A stretch of 64,000 bases of DNA from Candidatus Latescibacterota bacterium (GTDB lineage Bacteria; Latescibacterota; UBA2968). Of this stretch, positions 10,395 through 20,780 are shown one piece after another. A program made the translations under genes and the position numbers. Under the pieces are notes generated by a model. The model was not told where the DNA came from, did not search any database, and saw only the letters and a program-made list of their open reading frames with translations. How positions within the stretch are numbered: position 1 is the stretch's first letter; each line of letters starts with the position of its first letter. The stretch is from positions 3,392,001 through 3,456,000 of the forward strand of contig OZ242195.1 of NCBI GenBank assembly GCA_965205975.1. The letters are read 5' to 3'.

Positions 10395-10601
10395 ATGAGC
10401 CAAAATAATAAATTCTATGAAATGATACAAGAGCAAGAAGATCAATTTGACGAAACCATATCTGAATTAGTAGCCAGCGCGGAGAAAGAATCACTTACTA
10501 TGGCAGGTCTGGCACTATATATAGTCAGAACAGCATTTAATTTTCACACTCGTTTGTGGGCTCTGACACAAATCACCAAAAATTTATCTAAACAGCGGTG
10601 A
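10395..10601 (+). CDS. Small hypothetical protein (68 aa)
   Basis: ORF with GGGGG RBS-like run; no recognisable motif. Confidence 0.45.
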   Translation: MSQNNKFYEMIQEQEDQFDETISELVASAEKESLTMAGLALYIVRTAFNFHTRLWALTQITKNLSKQR

Positions 10602-10694
10602 TAGAAGGCGAACCGGCGTTTATCCTGGTTTCAAGATCAATGACTTTTGGCTCCTCAAGTCATTCTAAAATTCTATCTGACATACGTATTCTCC

Positions 10695-10792
10695 AAAAAA
10701 ACAGGGACGCACCTGGCGCGTCCCTGGGGTAGAAACAATCGAACATACGTTAATTCCCTATACGGGCGACGGTTCGATGGGTCCTGTTGCTG
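10695..10792 (-). ncRNA. Candidate small RNA (~95 nt)
   Basis: Minus-strand TTGACA-17-TAATTT (10824-10796), hairpin ATCGAAC/GTTCGAT, terminator CAGGGACGC/GCGTCCCTG+T7; no convincing ORF. Confidence 0.45.
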
Positions 10793-10906
10793 AACAAATT
10801 ATCCGATATAAGCAGCACTGTCAACCTATCTTTTAGAACTCAAGGAGGCACGGATTTAATCCCTGTCTCCTTTTTTTCTTGTGGGCGGTCAAACCCGCGA
10901 AGATGT

Positions 10907-12295
10907 TTATTTTCCCTTCTTAAACGCTTGCCATTGCTCAATAGCATCCTCCCGACTTCCCCAGCTTGCAGGCCGAGTTAGGCCATCAGGAAGAGATGTA
11001 TCGCCATCCCCGAATGCCTTTTCAATCATATCGTCCGTTAAACCTTTTGAATCTTTAAGTTGTGTTCCTACAATGAGTATGCCCTTAAAATCCGCACCCG
11101 ACAAGTCGGCATCATCAAGTTTCGCATCCGAAAGTTTGGCTCCCCAAAGATCCGCACCCGATAGATCGGCTTCAATAAGTACAGCATCCGATAGATTAGC
11201 GTCATCAAGTTTCGCATCCGAAAGTTTGGCTCTCCAAAGTACCACATCCGATAGATCGACTCCCATAAGTTCCGCGCCTGATAGATTGACCCGCGTAAGT
11301 ACCGCCTCACCCGATAGGTTGGCTTCCACAAGTCTCGCACCCGACAGGTTGGCTTCAATAAGGTTCGCCTCCGATAGGTTCGCTTTTGAAAGATTCGTAC
11401 CCGATAGATTGGCGTGGCTAAGATTCGCACCCGATAGATTGGCTCCCCGAAGATCCGCGCCATCAAGATAGGCCAATCTCAGATTGGTGCCTTCGCGTGC
11501 AAGGCCCTCGCTCTTGTTCCAAAGCGTCGCCCCCTGAAAGTTTGCCTCAGTGAAGTCGGGTTGAGTCTCATTTTCGCTCGTGCTGGTCCAGTGACGGTTC
11601 TTCTCTCGACGACTCAGCACTGTCAGGACCGCCGTCACATCGGAGCGATCCGCTGGAGGATTTTCGCGAAGAGAATCAATCCATTCTTGCCGCGCCAGCT
11701 TTAACTCATATCCCCTCAAACCTTCATCATCTAAAGATTGTGGATCACGGCAGTGCTCGCGGATATAGGCAGCGAGTGTTTCAATGATGGGGCCATAATC
11801 GCGCTCGCTGTCCTTTGCAAGCCGTTCCAGAGCAAAAATTGCGCCGATCCGCATCTCAATAGCAGGCTCTCCGTTCTGACGGGTTGCGCCAAGTTGCTCT
11901 ACCGCTTTGGTGAAAAGGTCGGTGTAGTGATTCTCCCGATTAATTTGTGTCTGCATTTCCGTGGATTGGGTCTGTCTGTCCGCGAGTACCGTGCGCCAGA
12001 TTAGAAAAGGCACTCCATACCAGGCCGCGATGACCAGCATAATTGTCCGCACCTCTTTGAATAAATCTTCCCCAGATGGGGTGCCATTTTTTCCAAGCCA
12101 GACCAAGAAGGGGTTCATTAGTGGCTCCCAAGTTTTTAGGAAATCATACAGATAAGGAAGAGGCAATAGAAGCCAGATAACGAATCCTATAAGAAAGACA
12201 ACCCGCTTGGTCCGCTCGGACCGAAACGGCCAAGACAGAATCGCAAGGGACCGATGAATCAGTCCTTTTTTATTTTCCTGCTTTTCATCACTCAC
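10907..12295 (-). CDS. Pentapeptide repeat protein with N-terminal membrane segments
   Basis: Long A(N/D)LSG repeats; FTKAVEQLG...RIGAIFALERLA motif. Confidence 0.9.
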   Translation of the reverse strand: MSDEKQENKKGLIHRSLAILSWPFRSERTKRVVFLIGFVIWLLLPLPYLYDFLKTWEPLMNPFLVWLGKNGTPSGEDLFKEVRTIMLVIAAWYGVPFLIWRTVLADRQTQSTEMQTQINRENHYTDLFTKAVEQLGATRQNGEPAIEMRIGAIFALERLAKDSERDYGPIIETLAAYIREHCRDPQSLDDEGLRGYELKLARQEWIDSLRENPPADRSDVTAVLTVLSRREKNRHWTSTSENETQPDFTEANFQGATLWNKSEGLAREGTNLRLAYLDGADLRGANLSGANLSHANLSGTNLSKANLSEANLIEANLSGARLVEANLSGEAVLTRVNLSGAELMGVDLSDVVLWRAKLSDAKLDDANLSDAVLIEADLSGADLWGAKLSDAKLDDADLSGADFKGILIVGTQLKDSKGLTDDMIEKAFGDGDTSLPDGLTRPASWGSREDAIEQWQAFKKGK

Positions 12296-12442
12296 AATAC
12301 AATCTCCTTTTCACACTTTCCATCGCTGATCCCCAATCCCCCCTATCAGACTCGTTGTTGCCTTTCCATCTACGTCCATCTGCGGATAGCTCATAGTGCA
12401 ATCTCAGCATCTCTATTCCCACCAGCAGATTGGACTTTCATC

Positions 12443-13741
12443 TCAATCACTCCCCCCTGTAAAATAACTCTTGGTACCCTTAGCTTGCACTGCATCGCCG
12501 ATTCGGTTCAAAGCATGCACATAAGCCGCCGTACGCTGGGAAATACCCTGTGTCTGGGCAATATCCCAAACGCGCTCTGTCTCCTCGACCATCTTCTGTT
12601 TCAGCCGCTGATTGACCTCGTCCAGCGTCCAGTACAGACCCTGGCGGTTCTGCACCCACTCAAAATAACTCACAGTAACACCACCGGCATTGACCAGAAT
12701 ATCGGGAAACACCACCACATCTCGCCCGCGCAAAATCTCGTCCGCCTCTGGAGTCGTCGGACCATTTGCCAGTTCGTACACCGCCCGCGCCTTAATATCG
12801 CGGGCATTCGACGCTGTAATCTGGTTCTCCAACGCCGCTGGCGCCAGAATATCGACATCGAGCGCGAGCAACTCCTCATTGGTAATCGTATCGTGATCGA
12901 CCACATTGCATACACTCCCCTCGCAATAAACGGCTTTAAGCGCGCGGGTCGAATCCTTGAACTGCCGCACACTGGGAATATCGAGACCCTCTCGCCGATA
13001 TATCCCACCCTGAGAGTCACTCACCGCCACAACCTTATAGCCGGCATTAAAAAGCAACTCGGCAATAATCGCCCCGGCATTGCCAAAGCCCTGCACTGCC
13101 ACAGTCGTCGTAGCGGGCGAGCCACTCAACCCGAGCCTGGGCAAAGTCGCCTCCATCGTAAAAAAAGCACCCATAGCAGTCGCCTTGTCCCTCCCCAGGC
13201 TCCCCCCCATAGTCAAAGGCTTACCAGTAATGACCGCCGGTGCAATCTGCCGCTTGATAATACCGTACTGATCCACCATCCAGCCCATAATCATCTCATT
13301 GGTATAAACATCTGGCGCCGGAATATCGACATCTGGACCGATAAAATCGGCCACCGCGTCGATATAACCTCGACTGAGCCGCTCCAGTTCAAAAGGAGAC
13401 AGCGACTTGGGATCAACCGTTATGCCACCTTTACCCCCGCCAAATGGCAAATTGGCTACCGCACATTTGAAAGTCATCCAAAAAGCCAGAGACTGTACCT
13501 CGTCAATAGACACATCTGGATGAAAGCGAATACCCCCTTTGGTGGGACCCCGCGTATCGTCGTAGCGCACCCGGTAGCCCGGAAAGATACGCAACTCGCC
13601 GTTATCCATCCGCACCGGGATAGAAACTTTCAAACTCGACCTGGGCAATTTGAGCCGCTCAATAGCCTCCTCTGTAATAGAAGCATAAGCCAGAGCTTCG
13701 TCGAGCCGTTGGCTGGCATCGCTGAACAATGATTCGGACAT
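12443..13741 (-). CDS. gdhA: Glu/Leu/Phe/Val (glutamate) dehydrogenase
   Basis: GPTKGGIRFHP, LPFGGGKGG, VQGFGNAG, ELANGP, NAGGVTVSYFEW. Confidence 0.93.
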   Translation of the reverse strand: MSESLFSDASQRLDEALAYASITEEAIERLKLPRSSLKVSIPVRMDNGELRIFPGYRVRYDDTRGPTKGGIRFHPDVSIDEVQSLAFWMTFKCAVANLPFGGGKGGITVDPKSLSPFELERLSRGYIDAVADFIGPDVDIPAPDVYTNEMIMGWMVDQYGIIKRQIAPAVITGKPLTMGGSLGRDKATAMGAFFTMEATLPRLGLSGSPATTTVAVQGFGNAGAIIAELLFNAGYKVVAVSDSQGGIYRREGLDIPSVRQFKDSTRALKAVYCEGSVCNVVDHDTITNEELLALDVDILAPAALENQITASNARDIKARAVYELANGPTTPEADEILRGRDVVVFPDILVNAGGVTVSYFEWVQNRQGLYWTLDEVNQRLKQKMVEETERVWDIAQTQGISQRTAAYVHALNRIGDAVQAKGTKSYFTGGSD

Positions 13742-13815
13742 GAACCCTCCTCAAATATAAAGCCGTCAGGGGTATATCCTGACGGCCATAGGGTAATCAC
13801 CAACAAATTTCAAAG

Positions 13816-14253
13816 TCACTCATCATCATCTGTAGAAATGGGCAAATCTTCGCGCTTCAAAGCGCGGCGGGGCCGACTACGCTGTTGGGGGGTGCGCTCG
13901 AGCCGTTCCTGAACCTGCACCGTATAACGGGCCGTAGGCATAGCCTCGAGCCGCAAGGGATGAATAGGTTCACCGGATTCTTCGCAAAACCCATAAGATC
14001 CATTTTCAATTTTTTGTAAGGCATTGTCAATCTCGGCCAATTCGCGCCGCTCGTGATTCCCCAGCGACGTCATCAACTCCAGCGACGACGCATTGCCAGC
14101 CGCATCGAGCGGATCGGCTGCGACATCGCCTCTAATTTCGTCAAGATCTTCATCTTGATTGAGTACTTGCTTGAGCAACTCGCGCTTGCGCTCAGTCAGA
14201 ATTTTTTTATAAAACGCGAGTTGTTCATCACTCAAAGGTTCATGCGTTGCCAT
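13816..14253 (-). CDS. TraR/DksA family transcriptional regulator
   Basis: Coiled coil with DPLDAA tip, GSYGFCEESGEPIHPLRLEAMP. Confidence 0.85.
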   Translation of the reverse strand: MATHEPLSDEQLAFYKKILTERKRELLKQVLNQDEDLDEIRGDVAADPLDAAGNASSLELMTSLGNHERRELAEIDNALQKIENGSYGFCEESGEPIHPLRLEAMPTARYTVQVQERLERTPQQRSRPRRALKREDLPISTDDDE

Positions 14254-14374
14254 TGCCTATTCGTCCTCTTTTTGTTTCCCAGAAATCTGCTCCCATAAAT
14301 TTGTCCGCAATTATATGTCAGAGGCATAATAATGTCAAGTCTTGCAAAAAAAATAAATCGCAACCCCAGGCGTT

Positions 14375-16093
14375 CTATCCCCCAAGCTCAGCCAAAAAAT
14401 CTTCTGCGGAAAGTGCGTTGAGCACACCATCAGCCGTTAGACCACCCTTTCTGGCAATCCCCAGCCCAAAGCACATATCTTTTAACCCTTCGGTACTGTG
14501 GGCATCTGTATTAATCGGAATTTGCACACCCTTCTCCCGCGCATAAGATAAAAATCGCCAATCCAATTCCAACCGCGCGGGATTGGCATTGATCTCAATC
14601 GCCGTACGCGCCTCAGCCGCAGCATCAATCACAGCCTTCATATTGAGCGGATAGCCCTCACGGGACAATAACAAACGGCCTGATGGATGCCCCAAAATAT
14701 CGACATGGGGATTTTGAACCGCGCGAATCAACCGATCCGTAGCTTCTGTTTCAGTCATTGAAAACTTCGAATGCACAGACGCAACCACCAGATCAAACTC
14801 GGATAAAAATTCATCGTCAAAATCCAACCGCCCATCGCTCAAAATATCCACCTCAATACCCTTCAACACCCGAATACCCTCCACCGCATCGTTGACCCGA
14901 TCGATCTCATCCCACTGCAACCGAACGCGATCTTCATTCAGCCCATTGGCATAAGCCGCGGCCTTGCTGTGATCGCAAATACCGATATACGCATAACCCA
15001 GCACCTTTGCCGCCCGCGCCATATCCTCCACACTATGCCTTCCATCGCTATACGTCGTATGCACATGAAGCGTACCCTTCAGATCGGATTGCGCGACCAA
15101 CTCCGGAAACGGCGCTTGTGCCGCGCGTTCAATCTCATCCCGTCCCTCGCGCAACTCGGGCGGAATATAATGCAAACCCAACGCACCAAATAACGCGCGC
15201 TCATCGGCACAAACCGCATTTTCATCCCCCTTGAACAAACCGTATTCATTGAGCTTCATACCCCGGTCTTTTGCCCGCTGCCGCATCGCGGTATTGTGTT
15301 CTTTACTCCCCGTAAAATGGTGCAATGCATAGGGAAACGCCGCATCTGCCACAATCCTCAAATCCGCGCGCATGCCCGAATCCAGCACAACACTCACCTT
15401 TGTCTCGCCGCGCCCAGTAACCTCCGTCACACCGGGATACGCGACAAAAACCTCGGCAAGCGCGCCTCCGTCTTTCGCACTCGCGACAATATCCACATCT
15501 TTGCTCGTCTCCATACATCGCCGCACACTGCCCGCCACTGCCAGACGCATCACCCCAGACTGATCCGACAAATAAGCGTGCAAAGCCTCTGCTTCATCTC
15601 GCGCCGTGCGGCTCAAAAAACGCCCGCGGTGTTGCTGCAAATAAGACACCCCTCGCAAAATACTCTCAGCGGTCTTCTTCCCGAACCCGCGCAACTTTTC
15701 GATCTCACCCGCCTCGCATGCTTTTGCGAGCGCATCCACATCGGCAATACCCAATTGCTCGTAGATAGACCGCACCCGCTTCGCGCCCAAACCGGGCACC
15801 TCAATCATCTCCAACAACCCTTCGGGCAGAGCGGAACGCAAATCGCCCACGCCCGGCAACTGCCCCGTCTCAATAAGTATGGCAATATTTTGCGCCATCT
15901 TCGCACCAATACCGCGCACAGATTCCAATTCACCGCGCGCGCTCAAATCCGAAGCAGCCTCTTGCAACAGCTCAATCTGTCGCGCTGCATTGACATAAGA
16001 CCGAATGCGAAACGCATTCTCGCCATTCAGTTCCATCAGCGTGGTCATCTCTTCCAATGCCGCGGCAATATCTTTATTATCCATCAAAACCAC
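14375..16093 (-). CDS. polX: DNA polymerase/3'-5' exonuclease PolX (PolX-PHP)
   Basis: AGSVRR...KDVD, HFTGSKEHN, PHP HVHTTYSDG, NTDAH. Confidence 0.95.
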   Translation of the reverse strand: MVLMDNKDIAAALEEMTTLMELNGENAFRIRSYVNAARQIELLQEAASDLSARGELESVRGIGAKMAQNIAILIETGQLPGVGDLRSALPEGLLEMIEVPGLGAKRVRSIYEQLGIADVDALAKACEAGEIEKLRGFGKKTAESILRGVSYLQQHRGRFLSRTARDEAEALHAYLSDQSGVMRLAVAGSVRRCMETSKDVDIVASAKDGGALAEVFVAYPGVTEVTGRGETKVSVVLDSGMRADLRIVADAAFPYALHHFTGSKEHNTAMRQRAKDRGMKLNEYGLFKGDENAVCADERALFGALGLHYIPPELREGRDEIERAAQAPFPELVAQSDLKGTLHVHTTYSDGRHSVEDMARAAKVLGYAYIGICDHSKAAAYANGLNEDRVRLQWDEIDRVNDAVEGIRVLKGIEVDILSDGRLDFDDEFLSEFDLVVASVHSKFSMTETEATDRLIRAVQNPHVDILGHPSGRLLLSREGYPLNMKAVIDAAAEARTAIEINANPARLELDWRFLSYAREKGVQIPINTDAHSTEGLKDMCFGLGIARKGGLTADGVLNALSAEDFLAELGG

Positions 16094-16193
16094 CGGGAAA
16101 TGTAGTGGACATTTAATAATTCACATGGTTATTTTAACTTCAATCGCCTGCGTCAAATTTTGGAGAATATAGATACAGAATGGAGCTAAGTCA

Positions 16194-17222
16194 ATGAACC
16201 AAATCACAAAAATCGCCATCGTCGGACTGGGGCGCATCGGCTGGCGATTTCACTTTCAGCAAGCCCTCTCATCCGACCAATTCGAACTCACCGCCGTTGT
16301 CGATCCCCTGCCCGAACGCTTATCCGAAGCACAGGCAGCAGCGGGTTGTGAAACCCACACCGATTTTGAATCGCTCTGGTCCGGCCCATTGCCCGACGTG
16401 GTCGCCATTGCCACGCCGACCACATTGCACGAAGACATGACCATTCGCGCCCTCAACGAAGGGTGTCACGTCATCCTCGAAAAACCCATGACCACCTCCC
16501 TCGCCTCGGCAGATCGCATGATCGCCCAGGCAGAAAAAAATAACCGCCGCATCTTTCTCTATCAACCCCACCGCCTCACACCCGAAACACAAACCGCGCG
16601 AGAAATTATTCAAAGCGACAAACTGGGACCTATCTACGCCATACACCGGGGCGTATATCGCTATGTGCGCCGAAACGACTGGCAGAGCTTGCGGAAAAAC
16701 GGCGGCGGCATGCTCAACAACTACGGCGCGCATTACCTCGACCAGCTCATCTATCTCTCGGACGACTCGGCAATCACAGAAGTCGATTGCAAACGCTGGG
16801 CAATAGCCACCCGCGGCGACGCCGACGACGTGGTCAAAGCCTGGGTAAAAAAAGAATCTGGACAACTCTTAGACGTGCATATCAATCAGGCCACTGCGCA
16901 CATCATGCCCCTCTGGCATATCTGTGGGAAATACGGCACAGCCATCCGCGAAGACAACGTATTCAAAGTACGATATTACGACCCCGCAGAAGCGCCCCCG
17001 CTAAACGTCGTCGAAGGCGCGGCACCCGAACGCAGCTACGACAATAAGGACCGATTGCCCTGGCGGGAAGAAGACATCCCCATTACCCGGGACAAACAGC
17101 GCGACTTCTACGCCAACATCCATGACGTAATCGTCAACAACGCCACGCCCTATATACGCATAGAAGAATCGCGCGAACTCATGCGCGTCATGGAATTATG
17201 CCGCCAGAGTGCCAAATTTTGA
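16194..17222 (+). CDS. Gfo/Idh/MocA oxidoreductase
   Basis: IVGLGRIG, LEKP, GGMLNNYGAHYLD. Confidence 0.9.
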   Translation: MNQITKIAIVGLGRIGWRFHFQQALSSDQFELTAVVDPLPERLSEAQAAAGCETHTDFESLWSGPLPDVVAIATPTTLHEDMTIRALNEGCHVILEKPMTTSLASADRMIAQAEKNNRRIFLYQPHRLTPETQTAREIIQSDKLGPIYAIHRGVYRYVRRNDWQSLRKNGGGMLNNYGAHYLDQLIYLSDDSAITEVDCKRWAIATRGDADDVVKAWVKKESGQLLDVHINQATAHIMPLWHICGKYGTAIREDNVFKVRYYDPAEAPPLNVVEGAAPERSYDNKDRLPWREEDIPITRDKQRDFYANIHDVIVNNATPYIRIEESRELMRVMELCRQSAKF

Positions 17223-17249
17223 TTCCGCATCTATCTGCTTTCATCCGAC

Positions 17250-17310
17250 GGGCAGGCACGAGGCACTGCCCCTACATTCATCTGCGTACATCTGCGTACA
17301 TCTGCGGATA
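17250..17310. repeat. REP (GGGCAG...CTGCCCCTACA) plus ATCTGCGTAC tandem
   Basis: Same architecture as 1306-1352. Confidence 0.65.
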
Positions 17311-17329
17311 ATAACCGAAGGAGCACATA

Positions 17330-18214
17330 ATGGTCCCTCTCATCAGCAGCCTCGCCTATGGCCCGCTCGGCGCGTGTCAATTGCCCCGCACCTGGTGGAA
17401 AGTACTCACGCGCAACGCCGGTATATTAGACGACGAATATCCCGACATGACGGATAATGGCCTCGACCCCCGTGTACTGCGCGCATTGAATCTGGATATC
17501 GAAACCACATTGGCCTACTTGCGCGAAAACATGCCCTCGTACCTCGACTTTGAAGCCTGGGTCCTCCAGCAAAAAGGCGACGACTTCTGGGGCTTTGAAC
17601 AGCAAGACGCCATCGTCCGATGGAATGCCTTTATCCGCGCACGACGACACCGATCGGATAAAATCGAAGAAACGTACACAGATACGGGCCTGTCGCAGGA
17701 TGCGGGCATTGATTCTGCAACCTTACTCAACTGCCTTCAGGATATGCAGTTATTTTACAAGCGCGACCTGCCCGAACTCAGCGGAAACATCGTCCCACTC
17801 ATCGCCACAATCGACTTCGGACCTCTCGGCGTGCGCCAGTTGCCCCGCACCTGGTACAAAATTCTCCTTAAAGCAAAAGGACTGCTACACCCCGACTATC
17901 CCGACATGACGGATAGTGGTCTCGACCCTCGCGTACTGCACGCATTAAATCTGGACATCGACGCCACATTAAACCACATCCGCACAAATCTGCCATCCTA
18001 TCTCGAATTTGAAGGCTGGGTGCTCGAACAGTGCGGCGGTCAAATCCCCGCGCAAGCCGTTGACGAATGGAATGACTACCTGTGCAACCGCATCCACAAC
18101 GACGCCAAACGCGCAGAAATCCGCGCAACCGTGGGATGTGGCGACATATCCTCAGCCGTCGTGCTCAATCACATCGAAGACTGGCATCTGGCACACCAGT
18201 GGCTCTCAATGTGA
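17330..18214 (+). CDS. Internally duplicated hypothetical protein (DUF5069-like domain x2)
   Basis: Two copies of VPLI..GPLG..QLPRTW.K...YPDMTD.GLDPRVL.ALNLDI...PSYL.FE.WVL. Confidence 0.75.
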   Translation: MVPLISSLAYGPLGACQLPRTWWKVLTRNAGILDDEYPDMTDNGLDPRVLRALNLDIETTLAYLRENMPSYLDFEAWVLQQKGDDFWGFEQQDAIVRWNAFIRARRHRSDKIEETYTDTGLSQDAGIDSATLLNCLQDMQLFYKRDLPELSGNIVPLIATIDFGPLGVRQLPRTWYKILLKAKGLLHPDYPDMTDSGLDPRVLHALNLDIDATLNHIRTNLPSYLEFEGWVLEQCGGQIPAQAVDEWNDYLCNRIHNDAKRAEIRATVGCGDISSAVVLNHIEDWHLAHQWLSM

Positions 18215-18228
18215 AAAGGAAAAAAACA

Positions 18229-19338
18229 ATGCCCATCGAACTCGGCGAATTGTCCAATGGCGTGGCACTCACACAGGTGACCACAGACACGCTTGACAAA
18301 TCCAACATCTACTGCGAACTGCCCTACTGCTCTGCTGACTCGCGCGTCTTTGTCTATGAGCAGAAAAATTCAGACACCGCGCCCAATACCACCGAATATA
18401 TCGCCTGTGAATTTGGCACATGGGAAACCGAAATAATCGGTCGCGGTCTGGGCGGACCTGGCATGACCCACAGCGGCATCTTCTTCTATAAGCGCGTCAT
18501 ACCCAACAAATGCCAGGAACTCGTGCGCGTTGACCTTCGCACGGGCACACAGCGCGTCATCCATGAATTTCCCGAAGACCTTCAAACGCGCGGCCTGGGC
18601 ACCCTATCGCCCGATGAACGCTATTACGCCTATGGCGTCACCATCAGCTATCACCCCAAAATGTTTGGCATAGAACTCGTCGATCTCGAAAAGGGAACGC
18701 GAGAAATCATCAACACCGACCCCGACATCTGCAATCCCCACACGCAATTTGAACCCACAGAAGGCAAACAAATCATGGTTCAGCACAACCGGGGCTGCGA
18801 ATTTAAACCCGACGGCACCCGCCTCAAACTCGTCGGCGACGAAGGCGCCACCGAATACCTCGTCGATATACCCGACGGCAAAGTCACGCGCCTTCAGGTC
18901 GGACTACCCCATACGCCGAGCATCACGGGCCATGAAGCCTGGATCGCGGGCGCAAATGAAATCCTCCTATCCGTCCGCGCCGAAGGCGAGTACGCACCCG
19001 ACAAGGGCAACCTCGTCAAAGTATCCGCAGACAAACCCCCAGAGCGCGTCGGCACGCCGGGCTATCGCTTCAACCACGTCGGCACCTCTCCGTGTGGTCA
19101 ATACTTCTTCTGCGACGACTGGCAGGGTGCCAGCAAACTCGTCGTCGGCAATATCCAGACCGGCAAAACCGCGGTTGTATGCGAAGCCCATACATCCATG
19201 AGCACCGCGCAAAACACACACGGGCATCCCTATCTCTCGCCCGACCTCAAATGGCTCGTCTTCAACTCCGACCGCTCGGGTCATCCTCAAATCCACGTCG
19301 CATCCGTGCCTTCTGATCTTATTGCACAGTTGAACTAA
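18229..19338 (+). CDS. Oligogalacturonate-lyase-like beta-propeller protein
   Basis: NIYCE, HPYLSPDLKWLVFNSDRSG C-terminus; start MPIELG after AAGGA. Confidence 0.7.
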   Translation: MPIELGELSNGVALTQVTTDTLDKSNIYCELPYCSADSRVFVYEQKNSDTAPNTTEYIACEFGTWETEIIGRGLGGPGMTHSGIFFYKRVIPNKCQELVRVDLRTGTQRVIHEFPEDLQTRGLGTLSPDERYYAYGVTISYHPKMFGIELVDLEKGTREIINTDPDICNPHTQFEPTEGKQIMVQHNRGCEFKPDGTRLKLVGDEGATEYLVDIPDGKVTRLQVGLPHTPSITGHEAWIAGANEILLSVRAEGEYAPDKGNLVKVSADKPPERVGTPGYRFNHVGTSPCGQYFFCDDWQGASKLVVGNIQTGKTAVVCEAHTSMSTAQNTHGHPYLSPDLKWLVFNSDRSGHPQIHVASVPSDLIAQLN

Positions 19339-19364
19339 ATAACCCATAACCAAAAGGAGTACAC

Positions 19365-20768
19365 ATGAGTGAAAGACCCAATATCCTATTTATCATGACC
19401 GATGATCATGCATCGCATGCCATGAGTTGTTATAACAGCCGGATTAACGAAACGCCCAACCTGGACCGCATCGCCGAAGGCGGCATGCGCTTTAACAATT
19501 GCTTTTGCACCAACTCGATCTGCGCGCCGAGCCGGGCGGTAATCTTGACCGGCACGTACAATCACATCAACGGCGTAACCACATTGCGCACAAACCTGGA
19601 CGGACGACAGGTCACATTTCCCAAACTCCTGCAAGCCGCGGGATACCAGACTGCAATGGTAGGCAAATGGCATCTCGGGCACGGCGGACACAACGACCCC
19701 ACCGGATTTGACTACTGGAACGTACTCCCCGGCCAGGGCGCGTATCACAACCCCATGATGTACGACATGGGCAAAGAAGTACACTACGAGGGATATACCA
19801 CAGACATCATAACCGACCTCGCACTGGACTGGTTAAAAGACCGCGACAAAAACAGACCCTTCATGCTCCTGTATCACCACAAAGCGCCCCATCGCCCCTG
19901 GGAGCCGGATGACAAACACGCGGACATGTACGAAGACATCGACATCCCGGAACCCGAAACCCTGTGGGACGACTACAGCAACCGCGCCACAGCCGCATCG
20001 CAGGCCGAAATGCGCGTCAACCGCGACCTGAACCCCCGCGACCTGAAACAACCCGTACCCGAAGGCTTGAGTCCCGAAGAAGACATGCGGTGGAAATACC
20101 AGCGCTATATCAAAGACTACCTGCGCTGCGTGGCATCCGTCGATGACAACGTCGGCCGCGTACTGGACTACCTGGATGAAGAAGACCTGACGGACAACAC
20201 CATCGTCGTCTATACATCGGACCAGGGCTTTTACCTCGGCGACCACGGCTGGTACGACAAACGCTTTATGTACGAAGAATCCCTCCGCATGCCATTCCTC
20301 ATTCGGTACCCCAAAGAAATCAAACCCGGCAGTGTCTGCGACGACATGATCCTCAACGTAGATTTCGCATCCACATTCCTGGACTACGCCGGCATAAACA
20401 TCCCCAGCCATTTTCAGGGACACAGCATGCGCCCCCTGTTAAATGGCGACCGACCCGCCTACTGGCGCACCTCAATGTATTACCGGTATTGGATGCACCT
20501 GAACGGACACAATATTTACGCGCACTACGGAGTCAGAACGCATCGACACAAACTCATCTACTATTACGCCGACGGATGTGGGCAGGAAGGCGCCTCGGAC
20601 GACGCCCGAGAACCAGAGTGGGAATTATTTGACCTGGACAAAGACCCGTATGAATTGAACAGCGTCTATCACAACCCGGAATACGCAGAAATAGTCGCCG
20701 AACTAAAAGACGAACTCCACCGCTTGCAGGACGAAGTGGGAGATGAGCGATACGAAAAAGACGTATAA
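19365..20768 (+). CDS. Cys-type sulfatase (carbohydrate sulfatase-like)
   Basis: [39 protein letters not shown]. Confidence 0.93.
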   Translation: MSERPNILFIMTDDHASHAMSCYNSRINETPNLDRIAEGGMRFNNCFCTNSICAPSRAVILTGTYNHINGVTTLRTNLDGRQVTFPKLLQAAGYQTAMVGKWHLGHGGHNDPTGFDYWNVLPGQGAYHNPMMYDMGKEVHYEGYTTDIITDLALDWLKDRDKNRPFMLLYHHKAPHRPWEPDDKHADMYEDIDIPEPETLWDDYSNRATAASQAEMRVNRDLNPRDLKQPVPEGLSPEEDMRWKYQRYIKDYLRCVASVDDNVGRVLDYLDEEDLTDNTIVVYTSDQGFYLGDHGWYDKRFMYEESLRMPFLIRYPKEIKPGSVCDDMILNVDFASTFLDYAGINIPSHFQGHSMRPLLNGDRPAYWRTSMYYRYWMHLNGHNIYAHYGVRTHRHKLIYYYADGCGQEGASDDAREPEWELFDLDKDPYELNSVYHNPEYAEIVAELKDELHRLQDEVGDERYEKDV

Positions 20769-20780
20769 GAGGAGCGACTA

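Noticed and set aside
8700..10900. Integron cassette array
   Set aside because: No integrase or recognisable attC boxes; genes have mixed orientation and their own promoters
12254..13732. 492-aa plus-strand ORF
   Set aside because: Antisense shadow of gdhA with no motifs, explained by codon and strand bias
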